64,000 nucleotides of DNA from Promethearchaeota archaeon (GCA_048937405.1 JBHLNF010000001.1:688785-752784), one strand, 5' to 3'; counted from the stretch's first letter, positions 29,806 to 39,919 are shown. A program made the numbers and translations. The notes: generated by a model from the sequence alone, not told the origin.

Positions 29806-30663
29806 ATGAAAGTACAATTTTATGAAGATATTGAAAAATATAATGAAGTTGTTGTTCCATTTCTGATTAAAAAAGAGGCTGAAAATAATCTAATTTTTTC
29901 AGTTCTAAATGCAATTAGAAATAATCCGACTAGATATGGAGATGAGAAACCTTTTCTACTAACAGTAAAACATAATGACGAAATAAAACTTGTATCCTTA
30001 AGAACTCCACCATATAATCAACTTATTTCCTATACAGAAAATTTGAAGTCTATTGATACATTAATCGATATTATGCTTAGAAAAAATATGCAATTACCTG
30101 GTATTACTGGATTCAAAGATGGTGTAAAAAGATTTATTCAATTATGGTGTGAAGATAAAAATTTAAAACCTCAATTAATAAGAAATGAAAGAGTTTATAA
30201 ATTAGAAAAAGTTTCAAAAGGATTTTTAGGAAATAGGGAGTTTTTTGTAGGTACTGAAGGGAATCAATCATTAATATTGAGTTGGGCGAGAGAATTTATT
30301 CTGGAGGCTTTAAATGAGACCGAAGAATCATTTATAACACGATCTCTAGAGGGTGTAAAAAATGATATCAAGGCGAAAAAAATCTTTTTATTGAAAGATG
30401 GACAAGAAATAGTTTCGATGGCAAGAAAAGCGGGAAAAACACCTAATGGCAATTTAGTAAATCTTGTATATACACCACCAAATCTAAGAAGAAAAGGATA
30501 TGCCACTGAGAGTGTGGCAAAGCTTAGTAAACTTATTTTAGAAGAAGGAAATCTGTTCTGTTTCTTATTTACTGATTTGATGAATCCAGTTTCTAATACT
30601 ATTTATCAAAAAATTGGTTACAATCCGGTAATTGATGTTGATGAATTTAAATTTATAACTTAA
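29806..30663 (+). CDS. GNAT acetyltransferase
   Basis: VYTPPNLRRKGYA, FLFTDLMNPVSNTIYQKIGY. Confidence 0.88.
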   Translation: MKVQFYEDIEKYNEVVVPFLIKKEAENNLIFSVLNAIRNNPTRYGDEKPFLLTVKHNDEIKLVSLRTPPYNQLISYTENLKSIDTLIDIMLRKNMQLPGITGFKDGVKRFIQLWCEDKNLKPQLIRNERVYKLEKVSKGFLGNREFFVGTEGNQSLILSWAREFILEALNETEESFITRSLEGVKNDIKAKKIFLLKDGQEIVSMARKAGKTPNGNLVNLVYTPPNLRRKGYATESVAKLSKLILEEGNLFCFLFTDLMNPVSNTIYQKIGYNPVIDVDEFKFIT

Positions 30664-30746
30664 GAATTACTTTTTCAAAAAAATAAAAAAAAAGATGCGA
30701 GAAAGTCTCCTGATTTTCTCCTGTTAAATTTTATTGTTTTCTTACT

Positions 30747-31028
30747 TTATTTCTTTGGTGGAAGAATTTCAATCTCTATTGAAGAGACATTGCTACTTGT
30801 GCCATCGGTATTTGTAATTGTCTCTGTATCAATTTTTATATCGCCATAACTTGACCCAGAAACAAACTTGTTGATTAAAATTTCAGCTACATCCACAGCT
30901 CGAGAAATAGAACGCCCTCGTGCTAATAAAGTAACTGGTTTATCATTCAATACCACCATAGCTGCCATAACATAGCTCATTGATTTCTTTCTACCGATAA
31001 AAACTTTTGAATCATCTCCTTTAGGCAA
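30747..31028 (-). CDS. albA: Alba (Sac10b) DNA/RNA-binding protein
   Basis: VFIGRKKSMSYV, ARGRSISRAVDVAE, VSSIEI; GGTGA SD before TTG start. Confidence 0.93.
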   Translation of the reverse strand: MPKGDDSKVFIGRKKSMSYVMAAMVVLNDKPVTLLARGRSISRAVDVAEILINKFVSGSSYGDIKIDTETITNTDGTSSNVSSIEIEILPPKK

Positions 31029-31358
31029 AAATGATCACCCATTTTTCAGCTTTTTTCACTGTATAGCTTTTTTCTTTTTATAGTTAAATTCTTTTGTGTT
31101 CCTTAATTGCAATTTATCTATGTAAAGTTATCTATAGATAACTATGTGTTATAAACGAAGTTTAGTTTTTAATATTGTGCAATTTTATTTTTCTTTACAG
31201 ATAAAGAATCAATAAACACTTCTAATTATAGATTATTCAAAGATAAAGAAAGCTTTAATTTACAATTAATAAAAAATAATAATAATTTGATTAATCATAG
31301 ATGAATTATGGAGTAGTCTTACTTAATAGAAAGCAAATAAGTATTTGGAAAATAATAA

Positions 31359-33434
31359 ATGCCTATTAAAATCACTGAATTTTTAGAGGAAAAATCCAAT
31401 ATAATAAGAAAAAAGGATTTAAAGAAGACAACCAATTTAAAACAGGTTTTTACGTCAATTAATCAGCATCTCTATGGAAAATTAAAGCATACTGATACTG
31501 ATACTAGAGCTCGTTCTAAACAGATAGTGAATCTCTTACTTTGTAAATTAGTTGATGAAATGTCTAAGAAAGCTGAAGAAGAAGTAGAATTTTGCATAAG
31601 ACTTGGAGAATCTGATCAAGACTTACTCAAAAGAATTGAAATTTTTTTCAATGAGAATGTAAGAGAGAAATTTAACGAGGTTATGAATGAAAACGAGCAA
31701 ATAATGTTGACAAAGGAACTTGTTTATATGGTTGTTCAAGAATTACAAGAGATTTCACTTCTTAATTCATCTAAAGACATTTTGAGTGATGCTTTCGAAA
31801 TTTTTGTTAGTAAAATCTTAAAAGATGAGGGAGGACAGTTTTTTACACCTCCCAATGTCGTGAATTTCATGGTTAATTATTTGAATCCTCAAAATGATTC
31901 AAAAATTTTAGATCCTGCCTGTGGCCACGGTGGTTTTCTTCTTGAAATAAAAGATCTTATATGGTCAAAAATAAAATTGAAGGAAAAAAGAATTAAATCT
32001 ATTTCGAATCTATATGGTATTGATAAGGATCTTTTTTTAGCGAAGATAAGTAAATTATACTTAGAAATATTAAGTAATGGAAAATCAAATATATTTTGTG
32101 AAGATTCATTAGATCCAAAAAGTTATAGATCTCCAGCAAAAAACTTAATAAAAAATGATAGTTTTGATTATATCTTTACTAATCCTCCATTTGGAGTTAA
32201 AATTCCTATAACTTATAAAAATATCTTAAAAGACTACCAATTAGCGCATATTTGGAAAAACCTCGACGACAAGTGGGAAATGCAAAATAAAATATTAAAG
32301 CAACAATCACCTCAAATTTTATTTATTGAAAGATGTGTCCAATTACTCAAGACAGGTGGTAAACTGGGGATTGTCTTACCAGAAGGAATATTTGGAAATG
32401 TAACAGATCGCTATATATGGGAATTTTTAACCTCTCAAGGCAAAATTTTAGGTATCATTTCTTTAGATCAGAACACATTCCAACCATACACATGTAACAA
32501 AGCAAGTATTCTATTCTTTCAAAAATTAAATGAACTTCCAGAAGATTATACAATTGATTTTGCACTTGTAGAAAATGTTGGTCATGATAAAGATGGAAAA
32601 GTCTTATATAAATTGAATAAAAATGGGAGCAAAAAGCTAGATTCTAATGGAAATGAAATCGTCAATGATGATCTTACAGATTTACATTTAAGATTAAATG
32701 AATCTGAAGAGTTTAACTATTTAAAGGAGCAAAAAGTATTTAAAATAAAATTTAGTCAAATTAAAAATAAGATTTTTATCCCTGTTTATTATATTGGTGT
32801 AGAAAAAATATTAAAGAAGCTTGCGGATGATAATAATTTCACTCTTTTTACTATTAAAGATTTGATAAAAAAAAAAATAATTTATTCTAATAAAGGTGGT
32901 TATCTCCCTCGAGGAGACGAGATTGGTTCAAAGCTATATGGATTGGGAGATATTCCTTTTATTCGAACTAGCGAATTAAACAACTGGGAAATAAATTTAT
33001 ATTCTTATAAAAAGACTAGTGAAGAGGTTTATCAACAGTATAAAGATAAGCAAAATATAGAAATTGGAGATATATTATTGGTTAAAGATGGAGGTCCAAA
33101 TTTAATTGGAAAGACGGCTTATATCACAGAATTGGACACTAAAATAATCATTCAAAGTCATATTTTCCAGATTAAGACCATAAAAAACGATGAAAATATT
33201 GATCCTTACCTTTTATTATATCTATTTAATTTAGATGTCGTTCAAAAACAGATTCAAGCAATTACATTCGTTCAAGGTACAATTGCCACTATTGGGAATC
33301 GAATTATGGAAGTTGTTCTGCCAATCCCCGTTGATATTAATAAAAGGAAGGATATTTCAAGCACTATTAAGAAAATCATTGAGCAAAAAACGGAGATAAG
33401 GAAAAAAATAAACAATTTGTCTTTAACCTTGTAA
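31359..33434 (+). CDS. N6-adenine DNA methyltransferase fused to a C-terminal HsdS-like target recognition domain
   Basis: GQFFTP, LDPACGHGGFL, NPPF, GIVLPEG; C-terminal IPFIRTSEL, GDILLVKDG, GKTAYI, LPIP. Confidence 0.85.
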   Translation: MPIKITEFLEEKSNIIRKKDLKKTTNLKQVFTSINQHLYGKLKHTDTDTRARSKQIVNLLLCKLVDEMSKKAEEEVEFCIRLGESDQDLLKRIEIFFNENVREKFNEVMNENEQIMLTKELVYMVVQELQEISLLNSSKDILSDAFEIFVSKILKDEGGQFFTPPNVVNFMVNYLNPQNDSKILDPACGHGGFLLEIKDLIWSKIKLKEKRIKSISNLYGIDKDLFLAKISKLYLEILSNGKSNIFCEDSLDPKSYRSPAKNLIKNDSFDYIFTNPPFGVKIPITYKNILKDYQLAHIWKNLDDKWEMQNKILKQQSPQILFIERCVQLLKTGGKLGIVLPEGIFGNVTDRYIWEFLTSQGKILGIISLDQNTFQPYTCNKASILFFQKLNELPEDYTIDFALVENVGHDKDGKVLYKLNKNGSKKLDSNGNEIVNDDLTDLHLRLNESEEFNYLKEQKVFKIKFSQIKNKIFIPVYYIGVEKILKKLADDNNFTLFTIKDLIKKKIIYSNKGGYLPRGDEIGSKLYGLGDIPFIRTSELNNWEINLYSYKKTSEEVYQQYKDKQNIEIGDILLVKDGGPNLIGKTAYITELDTKIIIQSHIFQIKTIKNDENIDPYLLLYLFNLDVVQKQIQAITFVQGTIATIGNRIMEVVLPIPVDINKRKDISSTIKKIIEQKTEIRKKINNLSLTL

Positions 33435-33521
33435 AAAAATATTTTTTACTTAGAGATATTTTATTAACTTCTCCTAAAAATTAACTTAGAAAATAAGAAT
33501 AAAAAAAAATTAGATTCAAAT

Positions 33522-33743
33522 TTAAACATATCGAACTTTTATTTCCACTGAAGATATATCATCTATTCGTATTATTGAATCATAATAAGATCTATTACCC
33601 TTTTGTTCCAGAATCAAACAAAATTGCCCAACTTCCTTAATAGTTCCCAAATATTCCTTCCCGGAGTTAAGTATAATATATACTTCCTTAGTCTGAAGCT
33701 TTGTTAAGTAATCCTTTATTGTGTAATTTTCATTATATTCCAT
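33522..33743 (-). CDS. Small Sm/LSm/Hfq-fold-like protein
   Basis: Helix followed by KEVYIILNSGKEYLGTIKEVGQFCLIL...IIRIDDISSV; AAGGAG SD. Confidence 0.6.
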   Translation of the reverse strand: MEYNENYTIKDYLTKLQTKEVYIILNSGKEYLGTIKEVGQFCLILEQKGNRSYYDSIIRIDDISSVEIKVRYV

Positions 33744-33801
33744 TTTAAATCTCCTTAATTTCTTTAACTTACACTTATATTATCAAAAGATAAAATTAAA
33801 T

Positions 33802-35991
33802 TTATTGTTGATGATTTCTATTTTCAAGTCTACTGATTCTTTCTCCTAAATTTTCTATTTTTCTAATTATACTGTCAAGTTTTTCATCTAACATAAGACG
33901 AAATCGTTCATATATGTCCGTAATACTCTTTTCACGTTCTTTTTTACCCATTAAATCAATTTCGCGTTTGAAATTTTCAATGTATTTATATACATCCTCA
34001 CACAATGTATCAAAATTTTCAGTATCATATTCCAAGCCTAGTTCTCTTGAAAGATTTCTTTCAGCTAAATCTGACCATTCTACATCTTTCCCTTTTAAAG
34101 GAATCACAGGAATTGAGAATTTATCCGCTAATTGTAATTCATTAGTGCAATCTACAGAATCAAAAACAGATTTGTTTGTTGCAATGAATAATACTAATTG
34201 ACATTTCTGTACTGTATCTAGCATCCATTCATCAATATTGCCCGCGAGATCTTCTTCACAGAAAAAAACTTCAGATATCTCTTTTTGTTTTTCCAGAAAA
34301 TCTACAAGAGTTCCTATCTGATATGGTTCAAAATCGATTACTGCATGAGATATAAAAACTCTTATTGTCGCTTTCTTTCTTAGATATTTTAATATTAGGT
34401 CAGGTACTTTTTGTGAAATCGTTATTTCTTCAGATTCAAATGGATTGTTGGTTAGATTCAATTCAGCAAGTTCTTTTAGAGCCCATAATTCAGTTGGTAT
34501 ATTAGTAAGTTTATTATTACTTAAATTTAGATTTTTGATGGCTGTCAAATTAATAAATGATTCTGGAAGTTCAGTTATTTGGTTATTTGAAAGGCTGACT
34601 TCCTCAAGTTTAGTGCAATTTCCAATTGAGCTTGGCAAAGATGTTATACTATTATCATTTAGGATTAAATGCCTTAAATCTTTCAATAATCCTAAATCCT
34701 CAGGCAATTGGGTTATAAATTGTCCTGTAGCACTAATTCCAATAATTTGATTTTCTTCGACTAATACCCAAAAACCATTTTGATCGGGCATTTCTCCCAT
34801 TCTTATCATAGGTTTTGCTCTTGAGGATATTTGTGGAAGCACTTTAATTAATGATTCTGGTATATCCATTAAATAAAACCAGAACATAGGCGGTAATCCA
34901 GTTATTCTTACTTTATTTGCTCTAATCTTTTTTATTGCATTAAGATTTGCTCTATAAAACTCTAAATCTTTATTTGCATATGTTAAATTCTGAAGAGTTT
35001 TTATTTCAGCTAAGAATTCTGGGATGGGATTGATATCATTACCATCTAAATTCAAATTTCTTAGCTTTTCAACATTTTTTAGTGTTTCTGGTAAAGATTT
35101 TAGGTTATTTTTTGGTAGATATAAACTTTCAAGTTTATTTAGATCTCCAATGATATCTGGTAAGGAACTTATTTGATTTTCATCAAGATATACTTCTTTT
35201 AAATTTTCTAATTTACCAAAACTATTAGGTAGAGTTGTAAGTTTATTTCTCTTTATAATTAATTGAACTAGATTTTTTAAATTACCAATATTCTCAGGTA
35301 AATATAATATTTGATTATTACTCATATCCAACCTTTTAAGATTTTTAAGGTTTCCAAAAGCCTCAGGTACAGATAATAGGGAATTCAAATTTAATTCTAA
35401 GGTTTCTAAATTTTCAAGTGTTCCAAAGTTATCTGGTAAGTATTTTAATTGATTTCTTTTCAATGTTAATCTTTTTAAACTTCTCAAATTCCCAAATGAT
35501 TCTGGCAGAGTTGTTAATTCATTGCCCCAAAGTTCAAGAACAACTAAATTTTCCAAATTTCCAAAACTATTAGGGAGCATATTTAATTTATTATTACTTA
35601 ATGTTGCAAATTTTAAATTTCTTAGATTTCCGAAACTTTCTGGTAAGGTAGCTAATTCTGTGTGCTGTATTACAAGTTCTTCTAAACTGAATAACTCCCC
35701 AAAGCTATCTGGCAAAGATTTTAATTTATAGGCTTCTAATGCAATTATTTCTCTTAGATTTTTCAAATTACCAACACTTTCTGGTAGACTTTCAAAAGCT
35801 GAAGAACTGATATTTAATTTATTTAAGGATTTTAATTCTCCAATAACATATGGAATGCTTGTTTTTTCAATACTTCCTAGATTAAGATCCACAGCATTAC
35901 TGTCATCATACTTAACTCGAGTTTCAAGAGATATACCTAACTCTTCTTCAATTTGTTTAATTATTTCTTTATCATCTGTCACTTTTTTCAA
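33802..35991 (-). CDS. Leucine-rich repeat protein with C-terminal TIR domain and coiled-coil tail
   Basis: Many 23-aa LxxLxLxxNxLxxLPxxFGxL repeats; TIR motifs VFISHA, LVLFIAT..SV.SVDCTNEL, IPVIPL. Confidence 0.88.
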   Translation of the reverse strand: MKKVTDDKEIIKQIEEELGISLETRVKYDDSNAVDLNLGSIEKTSIPYVIGELKSLNKLNISSSAFESLPESVGNLKNLREIIALEAYKLKSLPDSFGELFSLEELVIQHTELATLPESFGNLRNLKFATLSNNKLNMLPNSFGNLENLVVLELWGNELTTLPESFGNLRSLKRLTLKRNQLKYLPDNFGTLENLETLELNLNSLLSVPEAFGNLKNLKRLDMSNNQILYLPENIGNLKNLVQLIIKRNKLTTLPNSFGKLENLKEVYLDENQISSLPDIIGDLNKLESLYLPKNNLKSLPETLKNVEKLRNLNLDGNDINPIPEFLAEIKTLQNLTYANKDLEFYRANLNAIKKIRANKVRITGLPPMFWFYLMDIPESLIKVLPQISSRAKPMIRMGEMPDQNGFWVLVEENQIIGISATGQFITQLPEDLGLLKDLRHLILNDNSITSLPSSIGNCTKLEEVSLSNNQITELPESFINLTAIKNLNLSNNKLTNIPTELWALKELAELNLTNNPFESEEITISQKVPDLILKYLRKKATIRVFISHAVIDFEPYQIGTLVDFLEKQKEISEVFFCEEDLAGNIDEWMLDTVQKCQLVLFIATNKSVFDSVDCTNELQLADKFSIPVIPLKGKDVEWSDLAERNLSRELGLEYDTENFDTLCEDVYKYIENFKREIDLMGKKEREKSITDIYERFRLMLDEKLDSIIRKIENLGERISRLENRNHQQ

Positions 35992-36092
35992 ACCATTTAT
36001 ATTTTTCTAATTTTGAAATAAAAAAAAGATATTTCTTAATCTAAATTATTAATTTTGTTTTTCATTGAAAATAAACTTTAAACATTAATTAT

Positions 36093-37787
36093 TTAACTTT
36101 TTTTTTCGAGGTTTTCGATTCTATCTGTAAGACTTTTCATATTACTAGTTAATCCATCTATTTTTCTGATTACTTCACTCAGTTTCTCATCTAACATAAG
36201 ACGAAACCGTTCATAAATGTCTATTATTCCTAATCGTCGTTCCTCCTTTTCCATTAAATTAATTTCTCGCTTGAAATTTTCAATGTATTTGTATACATCA
36301 GAGCAAAATTGGTCGAAGTTATCAATATTATATTCTAATCCTAATTCCCGAGAAAGGTTTATTTCCGCCAAATCTGGCCAACCTATATCTTTACCCTTTA
36401 TGGGAATGACTGGAATAGAGAACTTATCAGCGAGCTGCAGTTCATTGGCACAATCTACGGAATTAAAAACTGATTTATTAGTCCCAATAAATAAAATTAG
36501 TTGACTCTTTTGCACAGCATTTAGCATCCACTCATCAATATTACCAGCAAGATCTGACTCACAAAAAAATACTTGAGATATTTCTTTTTGTTTTTCCAAG
36601 TATTTTACAAGCTCTTCTATGCGATAAGGCTCAAAATCGATAACTGCGTGAGATATAAAAACTATTATTGTAGCTTTCACTCTAAGGTATTCTCTAATTA
36701 AATCTGGAACTTTTTGTGAAACAACCATCTCTTCAGGATTTAGAGGATTGTTGGATAAATCTAAATCAGTAAGCTCTTTAAGTCCCCATAATTGTGTAGG
36801 GATCTCACTAAATTGGTTATTGTTAAGATTAAGATTATTAATCGACGTTAAATTAACAAAAGATTCTGGCAAAGTAGTCAATTTATTACTAGATAAATCG
36901 AGAATTTCTAAATCCTTTAATTCTCCAAAAGACTCTGGCAACGCTTCGATTTGATTACGCGAAATTATCAATGATTTTAGATTATTAAAAATTCCAAAAT
37001 TCTCTGGTAAGGATTTAATGCCATACCCAACAAATTTCCACTCCGTGACTTTACCATCCTCTACTTTTATTGCTAACCTAGATATCCTACCCTTTTTTTC
37101 ATCTTGAATGGTATCTTTTTCAATTTCACGTATGATCTCAATCTTTTCTTTAGGGAGATCATGCATTGCTTGAAACTGAAGTATAGCTGGTGCGAGTATA
37201 GTACCTCCTCTTTTATAAACACTTTTTAATACATTGAGACTTATATCATTCCATTCAAGATTATTAAATACTACTTTCAAGGTTTTTAGATTATCTAAAT
37301 TTCCTAACCATTCTGGTAAAAAATTCAAATTATTATTCTGCACATTAAGATGAGATAGGTTGTTAAGTTCCTTCATCCAATCAGGTATAGATGCTAACTC
37401 ATTAGTCTCTAGATTAAGACGGTTCAAATTCTTAAGCTCTCTCATCCATTCAGGTAATGACTTTAAATGGTTGTCCGATAAGTTTAATGATTCTAAATCT
37501 TTGAAATTTCTAATAAAATCTGGAACTTTATCAACCACTTTATATTTTAGACTTAAACCTTTTAGAGATTTAAGATTGCTCACAGAGTCATATACTTTTT
37601 GTTGATCTTGCTCAGATAAATCTAAATAATAGAAATTAATACCTATATATATTACATTATCTCCTTTAAGATAATAAAAAAATTCAGCATTATCTAAATT
37701 TTGTTCATAATAATCGTCGTGAATTTTTTTTAATTCCTTTCCTGTAAGTTTTGAGATTTCTTTAATTACTTTTAAATCATCACTCAT
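36093..37787 (-). CDS. Leucine-rich repeat protein with C-terminal TIR domain and coiled-coil tail (paralog)
   Basis: LRRs of LPEW type; VFISHA...SVDCANEL...IPVIPI; C-terminal part highly similar to the neighbour. Confidence 0.88.
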   Translation of the reverse strand: MSDDLKVIKEISKLTGKELKKIHDDYYEQNLDNAEFFYYLKGDNVIYIGINFYYLDLSEQDQQKVYDSVSNLKSLKGLSLKYKVVDKVPDFIRNFKDLESLNLSDNHLKSLPEWMRELKNLNRLNLETNELASIPDWMKELNNLSHLNVQNNNLNFLPEWLGNLDNLKTLKVVFNNLEWNDISLNVLKSVYKRGGTILAPAILQFQAMHDLPKEKIEIIREIEKDTIQDEKKGRISRLAIKVEDGKVTEWKFVGYGIKSLPENFGIFNNLKSLIISRNQIEALPESFGELKDLEILDLSSNKLTTLPESFVNLTSINNLNLNNNQFSEIPTQLWGLKELTDLDLSNNPLNPEEMVVSQKVPDLIREYLRVKATIIVFISHAVIDFEPYRIEELVKYLEKQKEISQVFFCESDLAGNIDEWMLNAVQKSQLILFIGTNKSVFNSVDCANELQLADKFSIPVIPIKGKDIGWPDLAEINLSRELGLEYNIDNFDQFCSDVYKYIENFKREINLMEKEERRLGIIDIYERFRLMLDEKLSEVIRKIDGLTSNMKSLTDRIENLEKKS

Positions 37788-37977
37788 TTATTTCACCAGT
37801 TTTTTTAAAAAAATTGTTATATTGTAAGGTAATTCAAGAAACTAATAAAGGTTGATTTTTTTTTTGGATGATTCTCTTATTTACCAAATATTTTGCGAAA
37901 AACTTTCTTTAAAATGTTTTAAATCATAAATTTAATATGATAAATTAACTGAAAACTAACACCTAACATTATTCAAA

Positions 37978-38415
37978 ATGAAGATTGAAAAATTTACTAT
38001 AGGTTATTATGAGGAAATTGTAGCACTCTGGAGAAAAGCTGGAATCAATGTAGGCTCTTCTGATACATTAGAAGAAATTAATAAAATGCTTCAACGAAAT
38101 CCAAATCTTTTCTTGATAGGTAAGATACAAAGAAAAATTGTTAGTGTTGTAATTGGAGCATTTGATGGGAGAAGAGGTTATGTTCATCATCTTGCGGTAG
38201 ACCCAGATTATCAAAAGCAAGGATATGGGAAATTCATAATGGATGAATTATTAAAAGAGTTTCATAAAATTGGTGTGCATAAAATTCATTTGTTCATTCA
38301 AAAAAATAATAAGAATGTTGTTAAATTTTATCAGAATTTAGGATGGGAAGTCCGAGATGATTTAATAATGATGAGTTATATTCCAGATAAAAATTTATAT
38401 AAAATGACGATTTAA
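37978..38415 (+). CDS. GNAT acetyltransferase (YpeA-like)
   Basis: DGRRGYVHHLAVDPDYQKQGYG, FYQNLGW. Confidence 0.9.
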   Translation: MKIEKFTIGYYEEIVALWRKAGINVGSSDTLEEINKMLQRNPNLFLIGKIQRKIVSVVIGAFDGRRGYVHHLAVDPDYQKQGYGKFIMDELLKEFHKIGVHKIHLFIQKNNKNVVKFYQNLGWEVRDDLIMMSYIPDKNLYKMTI

Positions 38416-38521
38416 GTTCAATTTTCATGTAATTCCCTGATTGAAATAAGGTTATATCTTATACAATTTTTTTTAAATTTAAAATCAAAATTTCTATTTC
38501 TAAAGTGATGAATAAAACAAT

Positions 38522-39544
38522 TTATATAATTTTTGAACATAAATTTTTTAATAACTCCTCCACTTTCTTTGAAAATCCACTTACAATATCATCAACATCA
38601 ATTATGGAATCGATTAATCCACATGTCTGTCCTACTGGTACGGCCCCATTAACTACATCCCCTTTCGTATAAACAATTTCATAAGCACTCAGCTCTTTTA
38701 AGTATTCATTTATATCATAAGCTAATTCTTGGGATATTTTTTCTTCTTTAGTTATAACTTTCCCATGTTCTAAACAAAACTTATTTTTTAATAATCTAAT
38801 TGGACCAAATCCACCAGTAGTAAGCATTGTATCGTGTGCTGAAGCTGGAGCAATAAGATCTTTATATTTTTGATCGAACTCACACTCATTTGAGGCAATA
38901 AAACGAGTTCCCATCGCAACGGCATCAGCACCCATTGCTAATCCTGCAGCAATTCCTTCAGGTGTAGCAAAACCTCCACACGCAATAAGATATTTATCAG
39001 GGTATTTTTGGGCTACTTGTTGAACTAAGACTAATGTGGTTACACCTTCATAACTTTGATGCCCACCACCTTCAGTTCCCGTTGCTACAATCCCATCACA
39101 ACCAGATTCTATAATTTTATCAACTAACCATAATGCTGGACCAACATGAAAATGGTATAAATCTGGAGCTTTCTCCTTCCATATTTTTCCTACCATACGG
39201 GGACTTCCAGCGCTAGTTAAACCGTAAATTAATTGTTCTCTAAGTTTTGGGTTTTCTTTTCGCCACTGTGGAATTTTTCTTATTAAAATTTTGTGATCTG
39301 TTTGGATTCGAGCAACACGTACATTTATACCAAAAGGCTTATCTGTATGTTCAACAACATAATCTAATTGTTTCTTAAAATCTTTAATCGAATTTTTTCC
39401 TTGTAATGTTGCATGACTTACCACCCCTAATCCACCTGCTTCAGAAACGGCAACGGCTAATTTTGTTGTGTAAAATGGCCCCATTGGAGCACTTATTATT
39501 GGATATTTTATTCCAAAATCCTCAGTTATTCTTGTTTTAATCAA
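38522..39544 (-). CDS. Nitronate monooxygenase / FabK-like flavoprotein
   Basis: PIISAPM, AVSEAGGLG, GTEGGGH, IACGG, MGTRF. Confidence 0.88.
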   Translation of the reverse strand: MIKTRITEDFGIKYPIISAPMGPFYTTKLAVAVSEAGGLGVVSHATLQGKNSIKDFKKQLDYVVEHTDKPFGINVRVARIQTDHKILIRKIPQWRKENPKLREQLIYGLTSAGSPRMVGKIWKEKAPDLYHFHVGPALWLVDKIIESGCDGIVATGTEGGGHQSYEGVTTLVLVQQVAQKYPDKYLIACGGFATPEGIAAGLAMGADAVAMGTRFIASNECEFDQKYKDLIAPASAHDTMLTTGGFGPIRLLKNKFCLEHGKVITKEEKISQELAYDINEYLKELSAYEIVYTKGDVVNGAVPVGQTCGLIDSIIDVDDIVSGFSKKVEELLKNLCSKII

Positions 39545-39754
39545 GTTTTATGACACTAGAAAAATTGAATGATCTATAGTTTATTCTTGCTTTTTAGAAA
39601 TAAAAAAGTTAACGATATCAAACAAATGCCAATCAATTCTTGAAACAAATAACAAAAACTTTTTTAGGTTCTTTTCTATAAATAATATAATAAATTGATG
39701 TAAACATAATAAGTCTGTCTTTGATAAAAAGAACTCAATAAATGTGAATCTGGT

Positions 39755-39919
39755 ATGGATTTTAATAGAAAAAATGTTCTTGACCAATATATTTCTATAT
39801 TGAGTTTCTTCATTTTAAATGAATTTAATAACAATTTTGTTATTAAATCGAATGATGTGAGAGTTGATTGCTTAAAAAACATTAATTCATACTTGCATCA
39901 TTGGCTACATCATGAATAA
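39755..39919 (+). CDS. Putative His leader peptide (54 aa from ATG 39755; 20 aa if GTG 39857 is used), ending LHHWLHHE*
   Basis: Manual translation; four CAT codons at 39896-39901 and 39908-39913; stop 81 nt upstream of the first his gene. Confidence 0.65.
   Translation: MDFNRKNVLDQYISILSFFILNEFNNNFVIKSNDVRVDCLKNINSYLHHWLHHE

Noticed and set aside
33802-37787. Calling the LRR proteins NLRs, Roco proteins or true TLRs
   Set aside because: No NACHT/NB-ARC or Roc P-loop, no signal peptide and no TM helix.
39581-39882. Two 68-aa minus-strand ORFs in the his upstream region
   Set aside because: Low-complexity AT-rich translations with no motifs; the plus-strand His-rich ORF explains the region better.
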